A stretch of DNA of 44,732 nt, taken from NCBI GenBank assembly GCA_002269645.1, contig NIVC01004477.1, forward strand, positions 1 through 44,732. Direction: 5' to 3'. The DNA comes from Macrostomum lignano. Taxonomy: Eukaryota. Numbering within the stretch: the stretch's first letter is position 1; each line of letters begins with the position of its first letter. Positions 44,371 through 44,732 of this stretch are shown piece by piece. The translations under genes and the position numbers were made by a program. The notes under the pieces are model-generated. The model ran no database searches. It worked only from the letters and a program-made list of their open reading frames with translations, and had not been told where the DNA came from.

Positions 44371-44530
44371 GTAGCCTAGTGGTTAGAGGTGGGGTTTCGA
44401 TTCTCGACCAGTCGGAACATTTGTGTCCTTGAGCAAGACACTTAACTCTGCATTGCTTCAGTTCACCCAGCTGTAAAGGTCTTGCACCAGAATTAGCTGG
44501 GGTAATTGAGGGTGTGGCGACCCCCCAGTC
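44371..44530 (+). mobile_element. tRNA-derived CORE-type SINE copy 2 (in Argonaute intron)
   Basis: A box TAGCCTAGTGG, B-box-like GGTTTCGATTC, the CORE-like block 44419-44472 and a shared tail GGTAATTGAGGGTGTGG also present in copy 1. Confidence 0.8.
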
Positions 44531-44732
44531 GTTGGACTGAACAGCCACACGCAGTCTTCAGATGCGCCATGCAATAGCTGCGGCTGAGCTGTCGGTTGCA
44601 CTTCTGCCATTAGGACAGGTTTAATGACGATTAGAAAGTCAGGGTCGCTGTACACCCTCTGGAGCGTGTGCATGAGTCCTGCTGGGCTGGAGTCGTAGAA
44701 TCGCTAATCTAAATAAATGCTCTCTGACACAT

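Overview
Eukaryotic (animal) genomic DNA with GC-rich exons, GT-AG introns packed with minisatellites and AT-rich intergenic DNA. This architecture plus a multi-copy amidated neuropeptide precursor suggests a flatworm such as Macrostomum (inference only). In order: (1) 562-14306 (+): one long gene, or two tandem paralogues, of the LTD-1/Hillarin/KY transglutaminase-like family; a phase-consistent splice path joins the C-terminal repeats of one module through a Q/P-rich linker to a complete second module. (2) 16148-16582 (-): neuropeptide precursor with nine predicted LL-amide peptides. (3) 3' relic of a non-LTR retrotransposon. (4) 20839-24456 (+): orphan multi-exon gene with a possible degenerate KH-like fold. 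(5) PDCD7/U11-59K-like gene (-). (6) MCCC2 (-), eight exons resolved, reading frame intact. (7) AT-rich spacer with a CORE-type SINE and a MITE with an 8-bp TSD. (8) AGO-clade Argonaute (+), running off the window, with many 1-2 bp indels that look like assembly errors. The most striking pattern: 19 of 20 long introns in the three conserved multi-exon genes carry their own unrelated minisatellite, often decaying into the splice sites, while the four short introns (79-106 bp) and the long AT-rich intergenic stretches have none. Most long ORFs in the supplied track are translated minisatellites. No CRISPR or prokaryotic features. All family assignments come from recalled motifs, not database searches.
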